From Sphingobacteriales bacterium (GTDB taxonomy: Bacteria > Bacteroidota > Bacteroidia > UKL13-3): a stretch of 64,000 nucleotides of DNA. A program made the translations under genes and the position numbers. Positions 46,110 through 55,743 of this stretch are shown piece by piece. The DNA lies in contig JAJTEN010000005.1 in the NCBI GenBank assembly GCA_021298155.1, positions 9,899-73,898 on the forward strand, written 5' to 3'. A model generated the notes under the pieces. That model made no database searches. It was not told the origin of the DNA and saw only the letters and a program-made list of their open reading frames with translations. Each line of letters starts with the position of its first letter. Positions within the stretch are counted from its first letter, which is position 1.

Positions 46110-48641
46110 ATGAAAAAGCTTTCATTTTTGATCCTATTTTTGGTTGGACAGTTCGTTTTACTTGCTCAAACCAATTTGCCAACCAGTTGGAATTTTTCTA
46201 ATCCGGGCATTGCAAATCCACCTGCGGGTTGGACAATGAACTTGGGGTCAAATGGAAATCTTACCTATGCCTTTGGTATTGGTGATGCACTCTCTTGTAG
46301 GTTAGATGCCACAGGTGAAAATTTTGTTATTCACTACAGCGGTAAGTCGGGCCCTTTAAGCTATTATTTGAGTCCACAAAATGCGGGTGCAGCTTGGGGT
46401 GGGCAATTTGATGTTCAGCAAAGTGCAGATGGGGTAAGTTGGACCAATTTACGTTCCATAACAACCAAGGCAACTACAGTTACTAATTATACAAATGGGA
46501 GATATGTAGATTTTCCGGCTGAATCATCAAGATTTATTCGATTTGTTTTTACTCAGAAATTACCCGGCGGTGTGGCAGGTACTCCAGGCGGAAATATGGG
46601 TGTAGATAGTGTTTGGTTGCAAGCACCTCCTGCCTCTCCAGCTGCTAATTTAGCTGTGTTGAGAGGTGCTACCAATTTTGTTAGTGGTGCACAAACAGTA
46701 ATTGGAAACAGCACTGCTACCAGCTTCACTTTTCAGAATAAAGGGTCGGTTCAAACCTTAACCATTGATAGCATAGTGTTTACCGGAGCAGCTGCTACAG
46801 ATTTTTCTGTGAGTGGTGTGCCTGTTTCTATTAATGCAAGTGCTAGTGCCAATTTAAATGTACAGTTTACGCCAGCAGTCAATGGCACCAGAAGGGCTTT
46901 GATGTTCATTTATTCTAACGACTCATTAAAAAATCCATTTATACTCGACTTATATGGTGTTGGGGGAGCATTTGCAACCGAGCCATTGGCACGTATTGAT
47001 ACCATTAACTTCACAGAAATTAAATCTTTTTCCTATCGGGTAAATACTTCGTATGTTGGACAAAAACCAGAGCGCTTCTTGTTACTTAAAAAACTCGGCT
47101 CAACAGTAACTGAAATCCCTGTGGATGGCATCAGCTATAAAAAGGGTGATTATATTGGTTCGGCCCAAGTTGAATATGTTTCTGATACCTTATTAAGCTA
47201 TCAACCTACTTATGTTTTGGCAAATAAAACCTATCATTATGCTGGATTTACTTTTAATGGTCCAACTGGTTTTGAAAATTATAATACCAGCAGCAAGGCA
47301 ACTGCCAGTGTAAGCACAACGGGCAGAACACCTGGTTCTTATTACGCAGGGATTAATCCGAGCAATCCCAATTTTGTTACCAGTTTAACGGCAAAAATTA
47401 ATCCGCACGATACCATTTATTATAGTAATTATATTTCTAGAATGGTTAATCCTTGGTTAACGCGCGATACTTCAAATGGTAAAAAGGTAGTTACATGCGT
47501 ATATACTAAGCATCAGTTTTTGTATGATGAGCCTTTTTTGTGGGCAGCTGGAAATAATGGTGCAGTTTTAACACGTGAACATACATGGCCTCAAAGCTGG
47601 ATGCCAAGTAATATGGGTAATCCAAATTGGCCAAATGCACCGGGAACAAGTAAAGAGTTGCCAGAATACAATGATTTACATAATTTATTTCCTGCACATC
47701 AAGCAAATGCCAATGGAAGAAGAAGTAATAACCCGTTTGATGAAGTAGTTACTCCAACTTACACTGCGCCAACCGGACTTGGTATAGTGGGTAGAGACAG
47801 CGCAAGCAGAGTAGCTTATGAGCCAAGACCAGAGCAAAAAGGAGATGTTGCACGTGCTTTGTTTTATATGGCTGCCTGTTACCACGGTATTGGCGGTTTA
47901 AATTGGTCTATTCCCTCGCAGCAAAATGTCGACTTATTAAAACAGTGGCATCAAATGGATCCACCAGATGATTTTGAAATTGCGCGCAATGAATTTATTG
48001 CCCAAACCCAAGGAAATAGAAATCCATTTATAGACTTTCCGCAATGGGTAAATAGGATTAATTTTAGAAACATGAGCTATATTGCCGATACCACGCCAGC
48101 TCAACCAAAAATTACTATTACTAGTCCTTTAGCATCTGATACATGGGGCGTTGGAAAAAGATTATTAATTAGCTGGCTGAGCCAAGATATAGACTCTGTA
48201 GATGTTTTTTTAAGTTTAGACTCTATGCAAACCTGGTTTAGTGGTGGAACGCATTTGGCTACTATAGATTCCTTTTCCATCTTGGCTGCTAGTCCGTTTA
48301 CCAATCCTTATGGAGTGGTAAGGATTAAAGATAAAAACTCAAGTACAGCAGATACGTCAGCCTATTTTGCTTTAGACATGACCAATACTTTGCATGAAAG
48401 CCAATTATTAAATAAGCTGCAAGTTTATCCTAATCCGTTTAGTAGCAGTTTTTATATCCATTGGTCTGAACCAAATACAAAAGCAGAAATTACCTTACTG
48501 AATGTAATGGGTTCAGAAATGAAACATTTGGAAATAACAGAAAGTACAGAAGTAAATGTGAGTGATTTGCCCGTTGGTATATACTTTTTACAGGTAAAAA
48601 CAGGTGGTAAGCAAGTAACGCAAAAACTAGTTAAGTACTAG
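46110..48641 (+). CDS. Large extracellular endonuclease I family protein with T9SS C-terminal sorting domain
   Basis: Signal peptide MKKLSFLILFLVGQFVLLAQ. An Ig-like/choice-of-anchor-D-like segment (TFQNKGSVQTLTIDSIVFTGAAATDFSV). Endonuclease I motifs: REHTWPQSW, NDLHNLFPAHQANANGRRSNNPF, GDVARALFYM, GNRNPFID. CTD: VYPNPFSSSFYIHW...GIYFLQVKTGGKQVTQKLVKY. Confidence 0.85.
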   Translation: MKKLSFLILFLVGQFVLLAQTNLPTSWNFSNPGIANPPAGWTMNLGSNGNLTYAFGIGDALSCRLDATGENFVIHYSGKSGPLSYYLSPQNAGAAWGGQFDVQQSADGVSWTNLRSITTKATTVTNYTNGRYVDFPAESSRFIRFVFTQKLPGGVAGTPGGNMGVDSVWLQAPPASPAANLAVLRGATNFVSGAQTVIGNSTATSFTFQNKGSVQTLTIDSIVFTGAAATDFSVSGVPVSINASASANLNVQFTPAVNGTRRALMFIYSNDSLKNPFILDLYGVGGAFATEPLARIDTINFTEIKSFSYRVNTSYVGQKPERFLLLKKLGSTVTEIPVDGISYKKGDYIGSAQVEYVSDTLLSYQPTYVLANKTYHYAGFTFNGPTGFENYNTSSKATASVSTTGRTPGSYYAGINPSNPNFVTSLTAKINPHDTIYYSNYISRMVNPWLTRDTSNGKKVVTCVYTKHQFLYDEPFLWAAGNNGAVLTREHTWPQSWMPSNMGNPNWPNAPGTSKELPEYNDLHNLFPAHQANANGRRSNNPFDEVVTPTYTAPTGLGIVGRDSASRVAYEPRPEQKGDVARALFYMAACYHGIGGLNWSIPSQQNVDLLKQWHQMDPPDDFEIARNEFIAQTQGNRNPFIDFPQWVNRINFRNMSYIADTTPAQPKITITSPLASDTWGVGKRLLISWLSQDIDSVDVFLSLDSMQTWFSGGTHLATIDSFSILAASPFTNPYGVVRIKDKNSSTADTSAYFALDMTNTLHESQLLNKLQVYPNPFSSSFYIHWSEPNTKAEITLLNVMGSEMKHLEITESTEVNVSDLPVGIYFLQVKTGGKQVTQKLVKY

Positions 48642-49414
48642 TTTTTACGACCTATTAATACGATGTCCCAAGTATTATCTAAATGGTCTTGGGTTAAGAA
48701 AAAATCGCTGGTCTCTATTTTAAGGGTATCAGCGTTTTTTTCTTTCAGGTCTTTACGCATCATGCTGGTTAAGAAATTATAGGGAACAACTAACCAAGAC
48801 GCAGGTATTAATTTATGCAAGCCCAATGGGTCTAAACGTAATATTTTCCTCGCCCAACGTGCATTTTCTTCATAGTATAGATTCACCTTCTCATTTCCTT
48901 GCACACCCCAAAGTTCTATGCTATCAAAAACTTCTGAAGCTTCTCTCCGCATTTCATCAAATGTATATTCATGCACATGAAAAGGATTTCGGGCAATACT
49001 CATTTTGGCATTGGGTGTGGTGCATAAAAATACACCACCTGGTTGCAAAACGCGTTTTACATCTTGCATAAAAGCTTTGCGTTCTGCAATGTGTTCTATA
49101 AACTGAAAGGCAGTTACTACTTCTTTGCTATTAGATTCTAGAGGAATAGGAGGAACCTTGCCCGAAACAAAACTGAGGTTAGCTTTGGCGCTGTGTTTTT
49201 TTCTAGCTTCAGCAATTGTGGCTTCGCTATAATCTACACCCACAGTACTTTTGGTATAATCTGCCAAATATTGCGTTCCATACCCATCAGCACAACCTAT
49301 ATCTGCTGTTTCTTTTCCAGTTAAAAATGATTTTGCCCACTCATAGGCGAAGAAGCATCTTTTAACGGTTACATTATTGCTATCTTCAAAACTTGGTCTC
49401 TCTCTATCAAACAT
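48638..49414 (-). CDS. Class I SAM-dependent methyltransferase
   Basis: 258 aa. ADIGCADGYGTQYLA (motif I), VGVDYS, VVTAFQFIEHI, LQPGGVFLCTTPN. Not obviously UbiE/MenG-like. Confidence 0.8.
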   Translation of the reverse strand: MFDRERPSFEDSNNVTVKRCFFAYEWAKSFLTGKETADIGCADGYGTQYLADYTKSTVGVDYSEATIAEARKKHSAKANLSFVSGKVPPIPLESNSKEVVTAFQFIEHIAERKAFMQDVKRVLQPGGVFLCTTPNAKMSIARNPFHVHEYTFDEMRREASEVFDSIELWGVQGNEKVNLYYEENARWARKILRLDPLGLHKLIPASWLVVPYNFLTSMMRKDLKEKNADTLKIETSDFFLTQDHLDNTWDIVLIGRKN

Positions 49415-50489
49415 GTGTATGGATTAATAATGGCTTAATAAACAAAAAGCCGATTGCGAAAATAATAAAAAGAAACTTTTCAAGGGTATTCATTTTATGT
49501 TGGGTTTCATCCCATTCACTTTGCGGCTCAGAATCTGCGGTTATACCTGCACCAGCAAATAAGGAAATTTGCTGATTATGCCACTGTAAACATCTCAAAT
49601 TCACAAATAACTGCAAGTTTTTATCTTGCTTAATGCCAATGAATCCGGCATAAAAAGCCCTCGAAATGCCTTCATTTTCTCTGATAAAATCTATCGCCGT
49701 ATCTCTTGGTAAACCAGCTACTGCGGGTGTTGGATTTAATTTTTTAAGGAGTTCTAAAATTTGCTCTTGCTTTTGGTCTGAACCAAAAAAATAGCTGGTT
49801 TTTAGATGAGTTAAATGTCCAGTTTCAAAATGTGTTGGGCCCATTTTTTGAAATGGAAGATTGGCTGTTTGTAATTGTTGCTCAATAAATAACTCCACCC
49901 AATGTTGTTCATCTATTTCTTTTTGTGTAAAATTTCTTTCAGCATTTGGCGGCAAAGTACCAGCTAGTGCAATGCTGGTATAGTGGTGGTTGTAACTGTT
50001 AACAAGGGTTTCCGGACTTGCGCCAATCCACCACCCGCTTACTGGTGTAAAAACACAGTAAACAAAGGCTTTAGGGTAGGCTTGTGCCAATTTTTCGAAA
50101 AACGATATGGGTTCAAAGTCTTTCACTTCAATCTTTTTTGAATTGGCTAAAACAACTTTTTTAAACTTCTGATTGCTGTTTTTAATCGCATTAATGGCTT
50201 TAGAAACGAGGCTTACGTATGATTCCTTAGTACTTGTTTCAAAACTAGTTGTATGCTCAAGCTTTGGTATAAAGTCCAGTATTTTATGTTGATTTTGAAA
50301 ATCTTCTACCTTTTCAAATTGAAAAAAATAGGCTTGGTCGCCGCTATTAAATGGCGATAACACAAACGTGTTATCTGGGATTTCAGTTATTGGTTTTAAT
50401 TGGTTCGAACAATGCCCACTCACCCATTTCATTTGGCTAGTGCCGGGTAGTTTAAATAAGGCAAATGCGTTTATAGAATTATTTTCCAT
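49407..50489 (-). CDS. menF: Isochorismate synthase
   Basis: GASPETLV, IALAGTLP, NPTPAVAGLPRD, RAFYAGFIG, LRCLQ and FAGAGITADSEPQSEWDET are chorismate-binding enzyme blocks of MenF type. Start set at MENNS (ATG at 50489). Confidence 0.88.
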   Translation of the reverse strand: MENNSINAFALFKLPGTSQMKWVSGHCSNQLKPITEIPDNTFVLSPFNSGDQAYFFQFEKVEDFQNQHKILDFIPKLEHTTSFETSTKESYVSLVSKAINAIKNSNQKFKKVVLANSKKIEVKDFEPISFFEKLAQAYPKAFVYCVFTPVSGWWIGASPETLVNSYNHHYTSIALAGTLPPNAERNFTQKEIDEQHWVELFIEQQLQTANLPFQKMGPTHFETGHLTHLKTSYFFGSDQKQEQILELLKKLNPTPAVAGLPRDTAIDFIRENEGISRAFYAGFIGIKQDKNLQLFVNLRCLQWHNQQISLFAGAGITADSEPQSEWDETQHKMNTLEKFLFIIFAIGFLFIKPLLIHTHV

Positions 50490-50922
50490 TAGGCAACAAA
50501 GGTACAATTGCCATGGTTAATCTGCTTATACAACAAAGTTTTCCTTCAGAATCTGTTATTTTTATTTCCCATACCTGGGTGCTTTTCCCTAGGTGAAATG
50601 CTCTTGTTGTGCCGTAAACAAAGTCTTTGCTTGCACTTTTGAGGTGATTGGCATTAATATCTAAACCCAATGCTACAAGTTTGCTTCTATCTATGCATAA
50701 ATTGGCAGCCATACTCCCAACTGTTTCAGCCAGTGCGCAAAAGGCACCACCGTTTACTACACCCAAAGGTTGAACGGTTCTGTGATCTACAGGCATTTTG
50801 GCCACTAAAAAGTCGGAACCAATTTCGCAAAATTCTATACCTAACCACTCGGCCATGGTATTTTTGCCTCGGTTGTTTAAAGCAGCTAAATTAATTTCCT
50901 CTGGTTTAAAGAAAATACTCAT
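50479..50922 (-). CDS. menI: Hotdog-fold thioesterase, 1,4-dihydroxy-2-naphthoyl-CoA hydrolase-like (YdiI/MenI type)
   Basis: 147 aa. Collinear with E. coli YdiI: ...LAALN..G.N.M..WLGIEF.EIG.D.L.A.MPVD.RT.QP.G...GGA...LAE..GS.AA......K.V.L..INANH..S...........H.G....VWEI.I.D..GKLCC.SRLT.AI. Confidence 0.8.
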   Translation of the reverse strand: MSIFFKPEEINLAALNNRGKNTMAEWLGIEFCEIGSDFLVAKMPVDHRTVQPLGVVNGGAFCALAETVGSMAANLCIDRSKLVALGLDINANHLKSASKDFVYGTTRAFHLGKSTQVWEIKITDSEGKLCCISRLTMAIVPLLPNGK

Positions 50923-50923
50923 T

Positions 50924-52927
50924 TTAATGGGCTAATTTTTTTTGTGTGTATTTAAGAACCTTATTAAACAACTCTTCTGATTTAAAAGGCTTGGTAACGT
51001 AATCATTCATGCCAGCTTCAATTACTTTTCTGCGTGTTTCTATAAATGCATCTGCAGACAAGGCTATAATAGGTAAAGAAGGGTTTTTAACTTCAGAATC
51101 AAATGCTCTAATTGCCGATGCTACCTCAAATCCACTCATTTCTGGCATTTGTAAATCTAATAATACTAAATCTATGTCATTCCGTTCTTTAAGAATGGTT
51201 AATGCATCTTTTCCATGGCTAGCAATAATGAGTTCATTTTCCCATTTTTTAAAGAATTGTTTAGCAACAAATTGGTTCATCAAATTGTCTTCTACTAAAA
51301 GAATATTTAGGTTTGATAGATCTACTGATTCTGTGTTTTTTTTGTTCTTGTCTGCTATTTTTCTAAGCTCACCAATAGTAAACGGAATAGTAACTGTAAA
51401 GGTGGCGCCTTCACCTTCTTTACTTGTCATACTGATGTTTCCATGCTGCAGTTGAACCAAATTTTTGGTAATGGCTAATCCTAAACCACTTCCGCCATAA
51501 ATTCTTGTTATATCAGTATTGGCCTGTGTAAAGCTTTCAAATATTCTGGATTGTTGGTTTGCTGGAATACCTATTCCACTATCAATAATATCAAATTTCA
51601 CCAAAATCATGTTTTCTGTTTTTTGACTTATGGAAGTATGCACAGCTATTTTCCCTTCAGAAGTAAATTTGATGGCATTGCCTACTAAGTTAAATAAGAT
51701 TTGGTTTAGTCTAAATGGATCACCTTTAATTATTTTTGGCACATCGGCATCAGTAGTTACCTCGAAAATCAATCCTTTTTCATTAGTTCTGGGTTCAAAC
51801 GTTTTCCTTAACTCTTCAAGCCTATTCCTTATATCAAAATCAATCTGTTCAAAAGTAACTTTGCCCGCTTCAATTTTAGAGAAGTCGAGTATATCATTAA
51901 TAATTACCAAAAGGTTATCCGCTGAATACTTTATCGACCGAATATTTTCTAATATGGGTAATTGTAATTCTTCCTCAAGAAGTAATTCTGTTAAACCAAT
52001 TATGGCATTCATGGGGGTTCTAATTTCATGACTCATATTGGAAAGAAATTCAGATTTTGCTTTAGCTGCAGCAATTGCCTCATTTTTTGCCTTCAATAAA
52101 TCTTGTTCAATTTTCTTTTTATCTGTTATATCTTGAGAGAAAATTGACACCCCATTTATTTCCCCTAAACTATTTATAATTGGGTTAAAAGTTGTCTCGT
52201 ACCAAGGAGTTTGATTATCTGTAACTGTTCTAAAACTCATTTGTTGCAGAATCGTAAACTGTTCGCCCTGCAAGCATCTTTGAATATTTCTGACTAATTC
52301 GTCTTTAAGTTCTGTATTCAGAGGTATGTCTGCTAAATTGATATCTGTTTTTACAAATCCATTCAGTTTTAATAGGTGTTCAACATTTTCTTTGAATGAG
52401 CTATTAAATGATATTAAGTTGAAATTTTTATCGAAAGCATAAATGAGGTTTCTGGTACTTTCTAAAATGGCATTTAATCTGTTATTATTTTCTATAATTT
52501 GTTTTTCTGCTACCTCACTTTGTCTCTCTGCATCCCAGAGTCTAACAGCAGCTAATACTACCTTAGATAACTTGTCGGGGTTTATTTCATTTTTGGTAAA
52601 ATAATCATAAGCGCCATTCTTAATCATTTCTACGGCTATTTTTTCATCACCCTGCGAAGTCATAACAGACACTGGGGTGTTTATAGCCATATCTCTTAAT
52701 TTTCTCAATAGTTGCAATCCATCAATGTCTGGTAGCAGATAATCAAGAAAAATACAATCGTAACTATTGTTAGCTAATTTATTGAGTGCCTCAGTTGCAT
52801 TGTAACATATATCAATCTTTGTGCGTAGGTCTGTTTTTTTTATATTTCTTTGAAAGTTTAAAACGTCTAGCTCATTATCGTCTACCAATAGAAGTTTGAA
52901 TACTTGAGATGCAGATTTAGTGGTCAT
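50924..52927 (-). CDS. Hybrid sensor histidine kinase/response regulator (REC-PAS-HisKA-HATPase-REC)
   Basis: 667 aa. N-terminal REC (LLVDDNELD..., [14 protein letters not shown]), a PAS-like segment, H-box [17 protein letters not shown]-boxes, and a C-terminal REC (ILLVEDN..., [14 protein letters not shown], ...KPF). Confidence 0.93.
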   Translation of the reverse strand: MTTKSASQVFKLLLVDDNELDVLNFQRNIKKTDLRTKIDICYNATEALNKLANNSYDCIFLDYLLPDIDGLQLLRKLRDMAINTPVSVMTSQGDEKIAVEMIKNGAYDYFTKNEINPDKLSKVVLAAVRLWDAERQSEVAEKQIIENNNRLNAILESTRNLIYAFDKNFNLISFNSSFKENVEHLLKLNGFVKTDINLADIPLNTELKDELVRNIQRCLQGEQFTILQQMSFRTVTDNQTPWYETTFNPIINSLGEINGVSIFSQDITDKKKIEQDLLKAKNEAIAAAKAKSEFLSNMSHEIRTPMNAIIGLTELLLEEELQLPILENIRSIKYSADNLLVIINDILDFSKIEAGKVTFEQIDFDIRNRLEELRKTFEPRTNEKGLIFEVTTDADVPKIIKGDPFRLNQILFNLVGNAIKFTSEGKIAVHTSISQKTENMILVKFDIIDSGIGIPANQQSRIFESFTQANTDITRIYGGSGLGLAITKNLVQLQHGNISMTSKEGEGATFTVTIPFTIGELRKIADKNKKNTESVDLSNLNILLVEDNLMNQFVAKQFFKKWENELIIASHGKDALTILKERNDIDLVLLDLQMPEMSGFEVASAIRAFDSEVKNPSLPIIALSADAFIETRRKVIEAGMNDYVTKPFKSEELFNKVLKYTQKKLAH

Positions 52928-52930
52928 AGC

Positions 52931-53362
52931 TTACCTTTCCGGATATTCACAGAGTTTCCAATAATTATTGAGCGTAGAAACTGCTTCAATAAATCTTTCC
53001 ATGCTTAAGGGTTTAAGAATGTACCCCGCTACATTTAAATCATAGGCATCTAATTTATCTTTATCTTCATTGGAGGTGGTCATAATAAAAACACTGATTT
53101 TCTTAAGTTTTTCATCTTTTCTAATCTCCCGTAAAAATTCTATGCCCCCCATTTTTGGCATATTTAAATCGAGTAAAATAATTTGTGGATTCTCTGTAAT
53201 GGATGGATCTCTTTCTCCCCTTAAAAATTGGAGTGCTTCTAGGCCGTTATTGCAAACATAAAGTGGATTTGTAACATTATTCTTTTTGAATGCTCTTTTA
53301 ACATTCATAACATCAATTTCATCGTCTTCTACTAGTAATATATTCACCATTTTATCTCCCAT
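52931..53362 (-). CDS. Single-domain response regulator (CheY-like)
   Basis: 143 aa, REC only. ILLVEDDEIDV, IILLDLNMPKMGG, ILKP. Resembles the stand-alone regulators that follow phytochrome-type kinases. Confidence 0.93.
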   Translation of the reverse strand: MGDKMVNILLVEDDEIDVMNVKRAFKKNNVTNPLYVCNNGLEALQFLRGERDPSITENPQIILLDLNMPKMGGIEFLREIRKDEKLKKISVFIMTTSNEDKDKLDAYDLNVAGYILKPLSMERFIEAVSTLNNYWKLCEYPER

Positions 53363-53475
53363 AAATTATTTGTTTTACTATCAACAAGTTTACCAAATTT
53401 AGGGTGAACCATCAATTAATTGTTACGAATTAACATATGTTCAATCTAATTGGCTTTATTTTTAACCTTGATTGT

Positions 53476-55140
53476 TTAAGCCGGCCATTCAAAATAAAAC
53501 TTAGCACCATTCCCTTTTTCAGATTTCACCCAAACTTTTCCCCCGTAGCCCTCAATTATTTTCTTTCCAATGGCCAGTCCTGCTCCTATATTTTCTACCT
53601 CATCTCGTCTTTCTAAGGTTTGAAAAATGGTAAAAATCTTTTCATGAAATTCTTCTGGTATGCCTGGCCCATTGTCTGCAATACAAAAAGTAACCATTCT
53701 GCCAATTTGTTGCGCACTTATATTAAGAATTGGTTCAATAGATTTATTGTGATGAATGGCATTACTTATGAATACTTTAAACACTTCAGTAAGGTCTTTT
53801 TTATTTGCTGTTACATTTGGCAGTGCATCATCAATTAAAATACTAATATTTTCAGGCAAATCTAATGACTCTAAAACTTCATAGACAACAGATTTGCTCG
53901 CAATTGTTTCTTGATTTTCTTTTGTTTTTTCTGCTCTTGAATACTGAAGAATTGAATTGATTAATGCTTCCATTCTGTGGGCTCTTCCGCGCAGCATATT
54001 AAAATATGCATTCGATTCCTCACTCAATTTTTCACCCATATCTTCTTGTATCCATTCAGTTAAATTATTTATTCCTCTGAGTGGACTTTTTAAGTCGTGT
54101 GAAGTAATATAAGCAAATTCTTCTAATTGCTTGTTTTTCTTCATTAGACTTACATTATAGGCTTCTAATGATTTAATGTTTTCTGCTTCTTTTTCTTTAG
54201 AAAGTTTTAGATTGTCACGCATCTCTGATAAGGCCTTCCCAAGTCTATCTCTTCTGCTTAGCATTGGAACTTTAATATCGTAATCTCCTTTCCCAATTGC
54301 ATTGGCTACTTGTTCTTTATTTTTAAAGCCCTGAACCAATTTCTGAGCAGAACTAATCATATCACCAATTTCATCCTCTCTAGGGGCATCAGATTGGAAT
54401 TGAATAATTTTGCCTTCTCCAACCTCATCTAAAATAGCATTCAGTTCTTTGATTGGTTTTATAATGGTGAAATTGGTGATTAATATTGAAATAGCTGCTA
54501 ATATGGCTATTACAATGATCATTATTAAAAGTAAATAGGAGAGTGTTCTATAACTAGCAAATTTTTGAGCATCTAGTTTATTGAAAACACTAATGGCCTG
54601 CAAAGTTGTTTCGCTGAGTACTAATTTTAACTTATTTATTTCGCTGTCGATTCTATCTTTGATTGTTTTTGCTTCCAGCATTTTCATCGGATTTCTGTAT
54701 GCACTGTCTGCATTCATTAATTCAATAAGCTGTTTCTGTAGTTTTAATGTGTTTTCGAATCGTTTATCTACACTAATTATCCTTTTTTTAATATCGCTGA
54801 GTCCGGGTTCTTGACAAAGCCCAATCAGGGTAGATTTTTGGCGAGTATATAGGCGTTGATGAATTTTAATTAATCTTTTTGTTTTTGCCTCATTGGCCTG
54901 GATAGAAATTTCTGCACTAAGGCGCCCAGATTCTTCAATTAATAATTGATAATCCTTAATTGCACTAATAACTGGACTGAAATTACTGGCAATTTTAATG
55001 TCTATATTCTTGGCATATTGTAATAATAAAATGGATGCTGTGGTAAAGGTTAAAACAACCATTATTACCGCAAAATAGGATATCGCGGTGCGCGTACCTA
55101 TCTTCATTCTATATATCCTATTTATGATGCTTTCCCACAT
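53476..55140 (-). CDS. Sensor histidine kinase with helical periplasmic sensor, HAMP and phytochrome-type H-box
   Basis: 554 aa. TM, ~170-aa helical loop, TM, HAMP, coiled coil, H-box FAYITSHDLKSPLRGI, HATPase (NAIHHN..., DNGPGI, GAGLAIGKKI). Confidence 0.9.
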   Translation of the reverse strand: MWESIINRIYRMKIGTRTAISYFAVIMVVLTFTTASILLLQYAKNIDIKIASNFSPVISAIKDYQLLIEESGRLSAEISIQANEAKTKRLIKIHQRLYTRQKSTLIGLCQEPGLSDIKKRIISVDKRFENTLKLQKQLIELMNADSAYRNPMKMLEAKTIKDRIDSEINKLKLVLSETTLQAISVFNKLDAQKFASYRTLSYLLLIMIIVIAILAAISILITNFTIIKPIKELNAILDEVGEGKIIQFQSDAPREDEIGDMISSAQKLVQGFKNKEQVANAIGKGDYDIKVPMLSRRDRLGKALSEMRDNLKLSKEKEAENIKSLEAYNVSLMKKNKQLEEFAYITSHDLKSPLRGINNLTEWIQEDMGEKLSEESNAYFNMLRGRAHRMEALINSILQYSRAEKTKENQETIASKSVVYEVLESLDLPENISILIDDALPNVTANKKDLTEVFKVFISNAIHHNKSIEPILNISAQQIGRMVTFCIADNGPGIPEEFHEKIFTIFQTLERRDEVENIGAGLAIGKKIIEGYGGKVWVKSEKGNGAKFYFEWPA

Positions 55141-55356
55141 TTTTTTAAGTCCATAAACCTATGACTTTTCATAGTATTCACCAAATTTTTTATGCCACAA
55201 AGTTCGTACTTTTATAATGTATAGTCTTGTTTTTTAGTCGGACCAATTTGGGAATTACATCCATCTTAATTAGATTTAGGCCAAATAAAATTTTCCAACT
55301 GTGCAGTTAATTGAATCAATTCTTTTTTTTTCAAACCAATGCATTAATTTTACAGC

Positions 55357-55683
55357 ATGAAAACGAGTAGTACATATACCTTAGCAAATTTTAGAAGTTT
55401 ACCTGCAATTTCTAAGGAGGAATTAGCAACCATTCAATTTGAAAATACAGATGTTTTGAGTAGACCTGAGGATATTCGGGTAAGGAGAACTAATTTAGAT
55501 AAAGCTATTTCATTGGGTAGAAGTGAGAAAGTTAAAACTTCTATTATCTTAAAATCTGGCGAGCATTTATACAGACTAGAGACCAATATTTTGAGTATAC
55601 AATCAGATTTTACATTAACCAGTAATGGTTTACAAATTCCATTACGTTGTATTTATAGTGTAGATTTTATTTTTACTTCATAA
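55357..55683 (+). CDS. Orphan hypothetical protein (coding status uncertain)
   Basis: 108-aa ORF on the opposite strand to all neighbours, with no recognisable motif. It is followed 18 nt later by the hairpin at 55702-55743. Confidence 0.4.
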   Translation: MKTSSTYTLANFRSLPAISKEELATIQFENTDVLSRPEDIRVRRTNLDKAISLGRSEKVKTSIILKSGEHLYRLETNILSIQSDFTLTSNGLQIPLRCIYSVDFIFTS

Positions 55684-55701
55684 TTACGAGGCCTGTTACA
55701 C

Positions 55702-55743
55702 AAAAAAAGGCTGCGTTAATTCATTTAGCGCAGCCTTTTTTTT
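55702..55743. terminator. Bidirectional hairpin terminator that also contains the glmS stop codon
   Basis: A7-ggctgcgtt(aa)...(tt)agcgcagcc-T8. The stem covers 55709-55735. The glmS reading frame ends at 55721-55723, inside it. Confidence 0.7.

Noticed and set aside
48638-48641. The convergent endonuclease and methyltransferase genes share the palindrome CTAG, so their TAG stops overlap.
   Set aside because: A real but trivial 4-nt overlap, consistent with general genome compaction. There is no extended palindrome like the one at 28609-28638.
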